A DNA stretch of 64,000 nucleotides, from NCBI GenBank assembly GCA_003344405.1, contig NOWV01000083.1, forward strand, positions 170,119 to 234,118. Direction: 5' to 3'. The notes under the pieces were generated by a model. It saw only the letters and a program-made list of their open reading frames with translations, was not told where the DNA came from and ran no database searches. The number at the start of each line of letters is the position of its first letter. Within the stretch, counting starts at the first letter, position 1. The translations under genes were made by a program, and so were the position numbers. This DNA is from Trichoplax sp. H2 (taxonomy: Eukaryota). This document shows positions 32,065-45,440 of this stretch, in pieces.

Positions 32065-32310
32065 GTAAACCTAAGTGTGACACTTCTTGTTTTATAGTAA
32101 TTATATGATAAGTCATAGACACAATGGATGGAAATTTCGGATATGTTAGTCTGGTCCGAAATTCCTTCGTCATTGTCAGTAAACGCTGAAGGCACTTGGC
32201 TTATTTATTATCTTATACAAGTGATTAAAGATCGGCCGTAACAGTAACGATTCAGCGGTTATAAATCTTTTTAAAATTAATTAATATCATATTAAATTTA
32301 ATTTATATAG

Positions 32311-32999
32311 ACAGGCCGAAAGCTCCTTTCCCTCAAGCAGAATATCCACCTCATTGCAAGGCTTGGTGGTGGGGATACCCTGGTCAGAAACCACGCTGTG
32401 GTGGAAGGCCGGAAGGGTCTTGTAGATGGCGTAATGGCTCTCGTAGATGGCAATCATGGATGGAGGAAGCCCAACGTTGGAAAGATCACAAAGAACAGAA
32501 TTCGTCATTAAATGAAAACACTAACGAATCTTCTGAGAATGAAAATTCTGGAAACGTTTTCAATGCGTTTTGTCCTCAACAAATCAACCCCGAATTTATT
32601 AACTCTTTTGCTGCTAATATGCTAAGATCATTTGGCGTTGATCTGTCAGGATTTTGTCACACATCAAACGAGAGTAAGCCGGATCAACAAAATAGAGAAA
32701 GTGATAAGGGTTGTGACAGAAAGGACGAAGAGACGAATTCTAAATTAGCCGATGGTGCTTGCGCAAGCGCTACAACTACTGAATCTTCTGCAAATTCTAA
32801 ACCATCACAGCAAATCAATCAAGATCATAATCCTGATATAAATGAGAACATCCAACAAGCCATAACTCAAATGGAAGCCATGGGATTCGACAATCAAGGA
32901 GGATGGCTTACTCGATTACTTGAGGCTAAAAACGGTAATATAAGCCGAGCATTGGAAGCTATTTATCCCAACAGATCTAAAGATTCGGGTCTTCAATAA
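32311..32999 (+). CDS. SQSTM1: p62-like terminal exon, comprising a Trp/Gly/Pro-rich segment, a low-complexity acidic/Ser-rich linker and a C-terminal UBA domain.
   Basis: The acceptor is atttatatag|. The product runs ...[36 protein letters not shown]... to ...[32 protein letters not shown]. This matches the human p62 UBA domain [32 protein letters not shown]. The W-rich part resembles the human post-ZZ segment [17 protein letters not shown]. Confidence 0.85.
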
Positions 33000-35900
33000 T
33001 AGCTCTGTAGAGTATGCTTTATAACAATTTGGCATTATTAAATCATTTTAACCTATCATATTCGTCTCCATAACCTGGCTTGTACATTTATGATTATTGA
33101 TCCTACATAATATTAAGCAATCTAATTTATTCCTAAACTAAATGTATGTAAAATGCATTTTGTGGAAAAAAATTACGTAATTTATCGAAAATCCATAGCA
33201 TTATTGATTAGAAGCTTTTAATTGTGTCCTCATTATTTTTTTCGGGTGTTTATATAATCTTTTCCATAATAGCTTTAATTCTAAGTGTTGAGAGTTTTAT
33301 CTTTCTAGATATACTAAGATTATTCACGTATGTATTGCACCCTATTGATGTTAATTACAAGAAACCCTACATGTTATGGATACTAGCTATATCGTTGTAT
33401 AGAATTTACTGCTATTAGTTAGATAATAAATAAGTATGTCAATGCATAAACAACTGTTACATATCAATTACTATCGAAATTTAGAGATTTTCATAAAATA
33501 AACTTTTAATATCAAGACTTTGGCAGTTTTAAAGTCGATGGCAAACTTCTCGCATGGGAATCTACTTATATTAAAGCGATTTTTTGCTGATGATTCCTTT
33601 CAGCTTTGATTCTATAGCCGTCATATACACAAACCTTCTCTTTTTGGTTATTTTACAAAGTAACCAATTACTTTGTAAAAGAACTAATTTCTTAAAGTAA
33701 CCGTGATATACATAAAGGATATGGACATTCCAGTAGTAGATCAGTTTTTTTTCAGTTTTATAGAATATTACGGTATCATTGTTACTCCCGTACTTATGAT
33801 CACGGACTCCTATTTTGGATAATATTTCCTAATATTGTATACTTTCCGCAATTACACTGAGTCTGAGAAAGAAGGCTATAAAATAAGATATGCTATCTGA
33901 TTCACTGTAAAGCACAGTATGCAAATTCGCCTGACTATTATACATGAAATATTCGGTTCTTCACTAAGTATAATAAAACTAAGAATCATTTCTTTGTAGG
34001 TATTTACTATAGAATAACTACTCATGTTAAAAATGCATCATACAGTATACAGTATTCATAGTGTGTATTACGTATAACATATATACTATAACCAGTCGAT
34101 CTAATATCTACCATTAACAGCAATTACTGAAACCCTTCTTAAGTCGTAAATACGTATTCGTATATATGATCGAAAATTTATCGGTATCGTCTCTAGTATC
34201 GGCTAAATGTTCTCCATGCATAAAACTTATTATTCTGTTACAATCAATAGGTGTCTAACAGTAAACAAATTAATTAATTAAATATTATTCAGTGCGAATA
34301 GCTGACTATGAAACAGCGACCTTCTAAATACATGCCATCATACGAAATTAAAATTAGATACGCAGAGATCGATTATATCCATTCTTATTTTTAAGCCCCA
34401 TCATACCAGTAAAGAATTAGATATGATTTACTGAATAAAAAATGCCTTAGCACTGCAATTTGACCAAAATATAACACGAAATATTAGTAAATGCATGATC
34501 TTTTAAGTAAACGTACTACAAATACCCTTTAGTTTAAATTTTAGTCCCTAAATGGTCCCATACTATCTACTAGACATACCTTTAGTAGTCCATGACATTA
34601 CTGTAAGTAAATTCACTCTCTCCAGTACCGTACAGATGTAATTCGACAACGACGCTTTTGTCTTAGTTTTCGTCTTAGACTACAAATTTACTCGTTATTA
34701 TTTGATTGCGAATCATACTCTAGGCTCCGTGATTATGTAATATCATTGTAAAAATTAATTTATTAACGAAATCACATTTACTGATGGACACAACCTTACT
34801 ATCAACAGTTCCAGTAAACCTTTGCAGCTTAAAATTTAAGAGTTCTAATTTAAATTTTTTACTGTATACTGTAATGCACAAAGACCAAGATCTGGTGTGT
34901 TCTTGAAAGTGAGATCAAATTAATGTTAATGACGAAACCTGATATTATCATTACGAATAATTGCATGATTGTTCGGCATTGAATAAGCTCAACTTCAAAT
35001 AGCCAAGTATTTCTCAAATAAGCTGTTATGAAGCACGGTATTTCATAAGCCATTATCGCTACTTCCATAAAGTCCTTAAGAAACATTAAATTAAATTAAT
35101 AGTATCAATATCGCACCTATAAGAAACCAAGTGCAAGTAAAAAGTAATTTCAGCCATTAAATCTACTCTTTCTCAAGCATTTTTAATCCGTGATCTTAAT
35201 TTCAACAAATCAGGTTTGCGTTTTAGAGCATTAACTTAATGGCTCAATAGTCTATCAGGGACACTTCGCTCTCGTATCTTTTTCATTGCTCTTGTCTTTC
35301 TTATCCTTATCCAATAATTTATATAATGAAATATCTTCCTCATCTTCTCTGATATCATGCATGTTCAACGTACTATATTCATTATTAGATCCTCTAATAT
35401 AATGAAAATAGAGCATATACAAATATTACGAGAATACTGTGATATCAGTTACATTATAGAACAAAGTGCTGAAGCATTAATCAACTCATTCTAACAGTAA
35501 ACTTTTCGATATGCCTTACAGCAAGCAGTTTCTTTTCGACTACGGTATATTAAATAAATAATTAGGAGCAGAGCCTATTAAATCGTAAGTCAAGAGTTCG
35601 ACTTTAGAACATAATGATATTATCAATCGCAAACTCGAAAATGATAATGACCCGTATTAAGTTCCTTACAATTGTATTTAAATGAAATTGATAACTCACA
35701 TGTGAAATAGCTATAAATCCTAAAATCTATTAAAATTGTAATAAAAAAAGATTAATATCGTTGTACATTTAATTTCCTTAAAAGTATTTAGCACCAATAA
35801 AATAATTCCTTAACAAGAATAATAAAGGACCATAAAAGGTAGCACCGATTCAAGCACTTTGACATCGATTAAAGTAACAGAATATACTTGTAGGTCTTAA

Positions 35901-38900
35901 TGTATTATTTTAGATCTGTAATTGCAAACAGCTTTAAGGGATCAATTATTTCAAGTACGGTACCTACCGATGATCCCAACAAAAGTTAAGAGATGATAAA
36001 GAAGCTAAGAAACTGCCGAATGTAGGTCCAGTAATTAATACTAGGCAACTTTGGTAAAATCCGAGCCAAATAATAAGACGACAAATCAGATACTGTACTA
36101 GTGCAATTTAATGTCTCATACTAACTAATAAATAGCATTCTCATTACAAATAGCGTGTAACAAGTAACTTACCCGATGCAACGTGATAAGGTAAGTAAAG
36201 AAGATGCAATCGAGTAGACAGCCATATTATCACCAACATTTTCGTCTCTGAATCAGTTTTAAAAAATTTTAAATCAACGATACAACAATGTATAACTAAC
36301 TCATGAAGTAATGTGTTTTATTCATTTTTAACTATATGGCGAATTATGTCTTAAGTCAACCTTAACCATTAGCGACTATATTAGCAGTGATGATTTCCTC
36401 GTCTACTATACCACGATTATCACGTATTACTGTACTCAATAGCTAGACAAAAAAAATGGCGGAAAATAGTAACGATATAAGCAATGACCTATAGTATTGT
36501 AAGAAAATTTTAATATACCCACACCCATATCTTATATTTTCAGTGATATCATATCAATTCAAGATTGAATTACAATTAAATAATCTTATAATCTTTCACA
36601 TCTTCTTTTAGGTAAACAATACTGTACCTGGCTGAAGAAAGTAAATCCGCAAAAACTGGAATATAAACGAAATTCATAGCTGTACCACGAATAATCATTG
36701 AGACTATAATGATCGACAGTTTCCTAAATTAAAATACCATAGCAGGTACCATAATAAGGTATAAATATACGCTTACCAAATAATAAATGAATACATAAAA
36801 TCATGGTATTGCATTTAATTAATTAATGGATCTATTTAGGAACACTTCAAATAGTAAATCTTACTCCCTTTTATAACTGTAATCTAAGTAAAGCTAAAGA
36901 ATAATCTGTTATATGCTATATCTGATAAACTTTCTAGGCCATTAGAGACGAATTCCTTACAGTTTTAAGTGAAAATATGGGATGGAGCGATTAGTTGCAA
37001 TGATATCCCTAGTAATATTAATCCTATAATTATAAATGGTTTATGTCCCTATAAAAATAGCAAACAATTTCAATTTTCCTTTAGGGTTTGATTTCAATTC
37101 AATCGCAATAATTTTCAAATTAGATAAATATCAAAAGAGTATTTACAGACCAATTTATCGGCTAAAACACCAACTACAACTCCTAAAATCACATATACGC
37201 CAACCGGAATCGAAATAACGCTGGCAATCTGAACTGCATTTCATATGAAGCTATTTGATTTGATTTGTGAGGAAGAAATATAGGCAGATCTTTATTTAAA
37301 ACATACAGTATTTAATATCCCCTAGTTGACTCTTTGCGGTATATTAGTGTTATGCTATAACGTATGACAATATGTACTATTATAGGTACCTATATTGTGT
37401 TAAGAAAATAAACTAAAAAATGCAAATGTGCACTATTCTACGCATCCTATTAATAATTAGAAAGCACTAAAATTTAAAAGTATTAAAGTACTGGTATAAT
37501 TTGAAACAACTCAATTCATTTCTGCGCGCAGTGTACTCTATTGCCTTGAATAGTACGTAAATTTTATATCCGTAAGACTCGTTTCAATCAATAATGAATA
37601 ACGTAACTAATATGTCTTTAGCTGCTGAATAAGATGACTAAGTACATTTACTAACAATCTAATATCACTTATCATATCAACTTTATGCTACTTGTTTGTA
37701 TAACGTTAATTGATTGCTAATTTACCATATCTGATGCAATGCATTTAGATATTCAGACATCCTACTGAAAGGGTATTATCATGTAAATAATTTATCGAAT
37801 TCTTTAAAATTGTGACGATCAAAAACATTTGATTAACAATCAGTGTCAATAAGTGGTGTGATACGAACAATGATTACATTCACAGACCTCGATTGTTTAA
37901 AACCAATGGCTAAAATCTCGAAAAGAATAATATGTAATAAAATTCATGATCAAATGATAGAATAGTTGAAATCAGGAGCTAATTTGAATTGGTAATTTCG
38001 GAAGATCGTAGCTGATATTTCGATTGGTTCGCTTTAATATTAATGATCGTACAAAAATTTTATAGATAATAAGTTATTCATCCCTACCATTTCATGATAT
38101 TATATTAATGGCCAGTTATTTCTATCTTGTGAAAGATAAGTAATTTTTAAAGTTTTAATTAATATTATCACTTGTACACTATATATTTTTATACGTGTCA
38201 CCTTCGCTATTTAATGTATAAAATATTAAGGTGGCAATCATGCGACATTTAAATGTAAACGTTATAACTACGCTAATGCTAATTAATATTCTCCTTATGC
38301 AGCCCTACCTCGATATGTTAATCGAGTAGATTTATACTTGACAACATACGGTATAATACAAGATTATTACTTGTACATGAAAATTACAGCAACAGGTAAG
38401 GTTAAAGGTGTGAGTTATTTTTAGTGGTCTGTAGTACTTGTAATCTAATTCGCTGGTATAAAATCAAGAATATCAACTATGTTTCGTCTATTACTTGCCT
38501 TTTATTAAGTACATCAAAATATAAACTAGTATGCAAAGATACAGTAGGATCATTCGTAATATTATGGATTTATATAAAATAGATTTTGTGGTGAATTCCC
38601 AAGACTCCTTAAATACAATTTCTAATTAAGTTAAAGTATAAAGGATATCCTTAATCGGTTGTGTTCTCAAATGTTTATAGTGCGTATGCACCTACGAACG
38701 CATAATTATAGCTGGTCGATTTTATAACGTAAAGCTAGAGTATAACATGTTAATAATTTACGACACTACCTCTTCACGTAGTAAAATTTTTTATTTTACT
38801 TATCACTTCCCTACAAATGTGCCTCTATCAGTCCATACGAAATATTATATTAGCATTACTATATTCTGCTGCAATGAAACTATAACTAAACGAAACAGCT

Positions 38901-40210
38901 TAGTTTTTTCACGGTACTCGATAAATCTTAATAAACAATCGATCTGTTTAGGTAGATAAATTTTAACTGGCTATCTTTGTACATATTATATTGAGAATTG
39001 GACTTGAAAGAAAATTATTATGATATCATTTCCTTAGATTTGAAATTCCATTCTGAAATTTATAAAAATTACAATTTACAGAAACATATATTATACGTGA
39101 AGTGAGGGGCAAGAGTTATCGTCTGCAATAACTTAAATTGCATCTATACATACTAACATATGCAAAATTTCTGATTCTAATTTAGGTATCAACTCTATGT
39201 AAGCCTACTTTTTGCACATGATACTCTCAACTATGAACGAAAGGATGCCGCTGAATTAAGGGACGTATAAAGCAAGCGATGAAATTTATAAAATTAAATT
39301 TAATATAGCTTATACATTAAATGAAGTCTTAAAATAAGTACTAATAATTATCCATTGTGTTGTTAGTTATGCATTTATAATTGCAGATAGAATATGAGTA
39401 TTAAGGAAAGATCTTACTACAATCTCGTGATTATGTAATAATGCTATGACGCGAGAGGTATCTTTGAATCACAGTTAAATTTCTTAAAATATTCACTTCT
39501 AAAGGTGCTAGCACTTTAATCGGCATAGAATTAATTAGGGCATACGTGAATTGAATAGGCATATAGGGTACGGTTAAGAAGTTATGAACAATGATTTTTA
39601 TATTATTATTACAATTTAATTTAATAAATTTATCCTTTTAAAGTTGCCTTTTGCATGTATAAGGAAATAGCTTAACGATTTTGTCGAGGTAAAACGTGGC
39701 ACCGTATATCGGTGAAGCTGTGTTATGCATAAACCTAATTAAGTAGCATGTATACGAATATAAGTATATGGCCGGTCAGTCGCGAAAGGTGCAAGCGCAT
39801 CAGAATGATATAGGTATACCTAATGACAGCTACCAGAGTAAATATACTAGAATGAATTAGCCGCAGTAGTATAAAAAATATGAACGTATTTATTTTGTAT
39901 GTTTTACATTCACATGATAACCATGTATTAGTAGGACTATAGGCCTATGATCATTTTAATTAGTAAAATTATTTATTTACTTCAGATCACCTACGGATTA
40001 TCCTTTATCACTGTTAAGATGAATTTTATATTTGCAAATTATCACCAACTCAGTATCCTACGCGATTATATGCTATAAAAATATACATCTTGTTAATATT
40101 TAAAAGTGTGACAATGTTGTTCCTGTGGCTAGCTGTATCAAGTAGGCACAATTATATTTATTAGTTAGTTTTGTCATAGCGCCTTTATTAATTCTTTTAG
40201 CTATAACTGT

Positions 40211-40424
40211 TCATTCAGCATCATTAGCTGAACAAGTTGTGGAAGCAAAGGCACAACCATCATACTCTTTAAGTAGATGATAGTCTAAATCTCCATTGTT
40301 GCTATTTTTACTAGACTCGAAACTTGAAGGGCCTTTGGTTCGAATACAGGCACATCGTTTAAATTTGCCATTCTCGTAAAACAGTTTTCGCGGAACACCA
40401 ACCCAATCTCTTTCAATGCCCCCA
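40211..40424 (-). CDS. CYB5D2: Neuferricin (CYB5D2) terminal exon with stop.
   Basis: (S)GGIERDWVGVPRKLFYENGKFKRCACIRTKGPSSFES...GDLDYHLLKEYDGCAFASTTCSANDAE* matches human [36 protein letters not shown]...[25 protein letters not shown]. The acceptor is aatatag|. Confidence 0.85.
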
Positions 40425-40637
40425 CTATATTAAGAAATGAAATTGCCATAATGAGAGGGTAACGATAATTTAAGAATCCATATCACACAGAAAGTTAATA
40501 TAAGCATTTTTAATAAATGACTATAATTATGTACTTTTGTATACCTGGATGAGATATAATGAATATATACGTAACTGTATCATGGCTATCCTGAATGTTA
40601 GTATAGTTTTACTAAATAGATACAACTTTGTCTATAC

Positions 40638-40839
40638 CTCTTTTTTTCGCACCAATAAACTGTCCCCTCTTCTTTAGTCCAATGTGTATTACATCCTGGC
40701 ATTTTAAAATTCTCATTTTCGGCTTCTTTCCGTAATGCGTATGCTTTACTTAGCCTGGTTTTGATTTTAGACAAAATTGGAGCAGGTTCGCCTTTTGCAT
40801 TATAAAATCTCCCTATCAATTTGCCGACATAAGAATAAT
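40638..40839 (-). CDS. CYB5D2: Neuferricin (CYB5D2) exon 2.
   Basis: DYSYVGKLIGRFYNAKGEPAPILSKIKTRL...FKMPGCNTHWTKEEGTVYWCEKK matches human [31 protein letters not shown]...[23 protein letters not shown]. The acceptor is ttttcatag| and the donor is AG|GTATAG. Confidence 0.85.
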
Positions 40840-41366
40840 CTATGAAAAGTAAACATAATTCTTAGTTGAAATCAGGCCTTTAATAATTAATTTAATTACG
40901 GCTTTTCATTTTAAGATACTAGGACGACGCCTAGGACTTTGTATCAGGTTAATGACAAACTAAATGCAATGCATCAATAAATAAGTTGCTACATATTACC
41001 TTTGTGATAGAAATCGATCCATTCTTTAATACCTATGAAGTTCTCATGAGATAACCCTTTAATTTCATCATTTAGACCTAAAATAATTATATAATTTAAA
41101 TATAAGAAAAAACAAATACTATTTTTACCCGCATTCTAGATTAATCTGGTACAGCACTGCATTTCCTTTGAATTGTAGCCAATACAATATCGACATTTAG
41201 CCAACTTAGCCGTAGATCGTGATAATATATCGCACTGTTAGCTGGTATTGAGTGTTTATTGATGAAATAATTACGATTATTACTCTACTAAATATAATTA
41301 ATAAATAGTAAGGTATTCATACTGTTATGACTGCGATAGGAGATGGAATAGGTTTATGAGTTTTAC

Positions 41367-41853
41367 CTTTCTCACTAAAATCTCCAGTTACGAAAGCTCT
41401 TGTGCCATCACGACCGGAAAAAAAATTATATCCACCACCTTTACCGTAATGTTCCTTTCCTTTGGTTACATCAAATACTTGGCCCAAAACAGCTAAATAG
41501 ATTGGCTTCTGTGGATCATCACCGTTATATTGTTTTAGATCAGAAGCTGTAAATATCTGACCATCGGGCGCAATGACATTGCTGAGATCTGTACTAGATC
41601 CAGAACCAGTTCCGACAGCCGGTCGTTTAGATTCGTCTTTATAATTATTTTGATAGCTTTCGGCTGTATTCGCTAGTAAATCAACATCTTGTTTATAAGC
41701 GAATACACCTGCAGCAATCGCTGCTGCTAAGATAAAGATAGGAACTAATTTTGATCCTTTGGAATTACTTTCTTGGTTAGTTTCTTCTGGTTTCTCTATC
41801 TTATCAGTTTTGGAGTCATCTGATTTGGCTGCTTTTCGTCTAGTTACAGCCAT
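41367..41853 (-). CDS. CYB5D2: Neuferricin (CYB5D2) exon 1. It encodes an N-terminal TM/signal-anchor and a cytochrome b5-like heme/steroid-binding (MAPR) domain.
   Basis: MAVTRRKAA...LVPIFILAAAIAAGVFAY...FTASDLKQYNGDDPQKPIYLAVLGQVFDVTKGKEHYGKGGGYNFFSGRDGTRAFVTGDFSEK matches human [63 protein letters not shown]. The donor is G|GTAAAA. Confidence 0.85.
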
Positions 41854-42014
41854 TTCTATAATTCTTTACAGATCAAATTTAGTAATCCAATTATGGTAAG
41901 GGCCCCTCTGCAACTAGGTATGACTGTGATCAAGCATAAAAAGATATTTGATTTGTTAGTTGCTCGTTCCTTTTTGCGATCGAAATGCACCGGTAGAGTG
42001 AAACACTGTCCAAG

Positions 42015-42110
42015 TACAGTACAGTACTGTACTGTACTGTACAGTTACGATACTGTACTGTACTGTACTGTAGGTTTACTGTACTGTACACTGTACTGTA
42101 CAGTGCTGCT
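42015..42110. repeat. (TACTG)n/(CAGTA)n palindromic microsatellite in the neuferricin/HNF1 divergent intergenic region.
   Basis: gtacagtacagtactgtactgtactgtacag...tactgtactgtactgtag...tactgtactgtacactgtactgtacagtg. The ORFs 41893..42162 (+) and 41930..42139 (-) are repeat artefacts. Confidence 0.9.
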
Positions 42111-42427
42111 TTACAGTACGCCCATAGGCCACAGTCCAATGGTACAGTTTATGGACTACTAAAGTTTACAGTACTGCAACAGCAACCAGAAGAGCCAGAA
42201 AGGACTACGTAGATTACACTTGCGCAGATAATTTCATTTAGCGCTTTAGACTTATTAAACAAGGAGTGAGTTGTGGTGCTGACCATTTTTTGTTCGTTTA
42301 CACTGCATTGTACAGCTACACAAACCTTTCTTTTGTTCTCATTTGGGTTCTTTTCGTTCATGTTTTATTTATATTGCAGTTTTCCACTGCTTTTAAAACT
42401 GATATCGTAAGAAGAAATTCCAAGATC

Positions 42428-42595
42428 ATGGCACTAACAGAGCTACAGCATGAATTGCTCACTGCGTTGCTCGACAGTGGTGTCAGTAAAGCAACGTTGA
42501 TACAGGTTCTGACTATGCCAGAGCATTCGAATAGCATCTCACGGGATTATTCATATATTGGAAATGGTGATGTTGCCTTTGGGACCTTTCATCAA
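42428..42595 (+). CDS. HNF1: HNF1 homeobox gene, exon 1 (start codon and dimerization domain).
   Basis: MALTELQHELLTALLDSGVSKATLIQVL matches HNF1A/B [30 protein letters not shown]. The donor is inferred as CAA|GTTGGT (weak, phase 0), because the downstream acceptor is phase 0. Confidence 0.7.
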
Positions 42596-44044
42596 GTTGG
42601 TTAATAATTGTAATTATATATGTATAACATATACAATATATTATAAATAATTATTCGTTTCGCAAATTAGCATTGAACCATACTGACCTATTATTTACTT
42701 GCGTTTTTTTAAATTTTCATGCGCTTAAGTGCTGGTCTTGCTGTATTACATGATACATAAGGTGCACTATAGTACTACACTACGTATAATTAATTAATAC
42801 AACATCACTATAGAAATGATCATGATCACATTTCACAGCCGTCAACGACACAGTAGAAATATTCGTGTGGTATATATTTGTTTTCACGACTATATTAGTT
42901 GATAACATACAAAGTATATACAGTAGTACTGGTATCATTTATTTAATATGCTACTATGGATTCCATTTTTACTTCCAGTCAATATTTATGGCTAGTCTAC
43001 TTGATCTTATTACAGTACTGTAACTATAAACAGCACATCGGCTCGGCGGGAAAGTGTTTTACATGGTTGTAATACGGATAAAATCCATAGTAAAGGAACG
43101 GGGTCGATATATTGGTTACTAATATCAATATTAGTAGGGTCAAGGCAGAATTGTGCGATAATGCATTTGAATGTGATTGCTAGCTCTCGAAGCTGCAAAG
43201 GAATACTTCATCTATTTCAATATACTGTAAAGTACAGCACGGACAGTATAACACAGAAATACCAATCCAAGCAGAGAAGTCGAACACAGCCAATGTACGT
43301 ACATACTGTACAATAGTGTGCAATACTTAACCGTAGGCTGCTGCTTGTGTCAGGTAACGAGTATTAATCAGTGGCTGCACATTTTGAAGAGCGCGCTGGA
43401 ATCGTTTCAACGTGTTTTAAATAGTTCGTAACCCATATAGTAATCCCTACAACGTTTATTGCATTTATATTCCTAATAACTCACGCAGTATTTTAAAAAT
43501 TTATCAATACATAATACTAGATCAGTCTATTAAATATCTTTCAAGTTCTTCAAATAAAATTAGAGTCAGTTCAACATATATTTATATACAAAATTGAATG
43601 CGTCAACAGCTGTGAAATGTCTCTAGTATAGGGTCGTAAACGCTTGGCACATGGTAATATATAAACGTGCACAATCGTAATACGAAACAAAAGCGTAGTA
43701 TAGGGCGGTAGCAACCCTTGCATAGGAGATCCGCCTTATCCGCAATATGCAATGGCAGATAGTGGCAAAAGCGAACAAAATCGTAAGGAGTACCGGTACT
43801 ACGAGACGACTGTGAGTCTATAGTACTGTTTATGCAGGAGACTGGTACATACTGTACAGCACGCTGTAGGGTGTATCGCTATCTACAGATTTCTTGGCCG
43901 AGTGATCAGTAATACCTATGCCCCCAACTCTTGAAACCAAGAGATATGTAAATAATTATAATCATCTGTATCTTTCCGCTAAAAGCTGTCCCTTGCGGTT
44001 TAAAATAAAGATGGTATGCAAATCGTTAATTTGCGATACACCCT

Positions 44045-44110
44045 ACAGTGTACACTGTACAGTACAGTACTGTAAACATCGCGACTTGCTCTACTGTACA
44101 GTACTGTATT
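44045..44110. repeat. (TACTG)n/(CAGTA)n microsatellite inside the 2.8-kb HNF1 intron 1.
   Basis: cagtgtacactgtacagtacagtactgtaaac...ctactgtacagtactgtat. Confidence 0.85.
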
Positions 44111-45440
44111 TCTGAGATATTTGAACAAGAAAAATCAATGATTCTTTCTTTTTATCCTGCTTAAATTATACATCAATCGGTAGAGAAAGAGCTAAACAAC
44201 CGTAGTTCATCAATTAAAATTTGCGTGCGACGTCGATTGTACATCGCAGAGCATACTGTCATTAGAGAACACATACAGTACAGTACAGTACGGTAACACA
44301 GCTAAACTTGACCGTGCTAGAGAATGAAAATACTACACATTTAATAATTATATATAAGTATATACGCCTATAATAATTATTCCATAACGAACAATTAATT
44401 AATGGTTATAAAGCTGCTTAAATAGCCGATCTTAAAACTAGTTACCTTAAATGTTGTTCTCGTTCATATCCAGAATATATTAGCTTATTTTAATGTTGAC
44501 AAAATAATAGTTCGATACGAAAGGCTATTACAAAGCGGCTGGGATGTAACCATAATTAGCCAGTTAATTTACACAGATATACGTGTAGATGGAGGTCTGT
44601 GTTGACTGCCGAGACATGGATGCGACCAGGAATTCAGGAGACCAGGATTACTTAAAATACGCGTAGACCCTAATCATGCTGTTTGGAGTAATGCAATACT
44701 GTACAATTCCTTATTACGAAATCTACCGTTATGGTTCTTAAGCGGAGCTTATGACTAAGATTGCCATCTTTGAGTTTTATATAATTACTGTTATTTATTA
44801 TTTAATTATATTATATAACTATTGATACCTAATATCATCATTCGTAATTTATTAAATGTAAATACAATAATTTTCTTGGTTCATTATACTCATTTCGATC
44901 ATGCGATAAACGTTATTAAAATATTATAATATATACAACGTTATGATGTCGATTTTATGGCGATATTATACAATGTGACGATTAATATTCTGTACACGAG
45001 CGCATCTACATAAATACTGAAGGAATAGAATTTTACTAACATGAATGACTTCGACATTGTCTTTCATAAATAAAGTTCTGTAGTTATATATCAAATGAAG
45101 GCTTGCATGCGTAGAACTGTTTAAGACCCGATTAATCTATTTAATGTACAGTATTTGCGGTTTATAGGGTGTTCGCAGTGTTGTAATTGTTTTATATCCA
45201 TATTAAGCATGCTTTAATTTAAAATTGCGGTACTGGTGATACTGTATTTACTCTTTACTCTATGATATTGTAGAGTTCGCGTACAATGCAGACAGCACAG
45301 ACGGCTTGATTGCTAACGTGTGGATCTCGAATAAAGCAGAAATGCTTGATATCTTCTCTTATATAAAAGCCCAATCGCTTTATAATTTTCATTACTGGAT
45401 GTATTTAGCGTTAATCCATCTCTTACCTTTTATATTACAG

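Noticed and set aside
32287-32508. Minus-strand 73-aa ORF.
   Set aside because: It is antisense to, and overlaps, the p62 exon-3 acceptor region, where the coding is clearly on the plus strand.
40331-40345. GGTTCGAATAC, and GGTTCGAGTAG at about 50729, look like T-loops and might indicate extra tRNA genes.
   Set aside because: Both lie inside well-supported coding exons (neuferricin exon 3 and the ANKRD13 last exon) and lack acceptor, D or anticodon arms.
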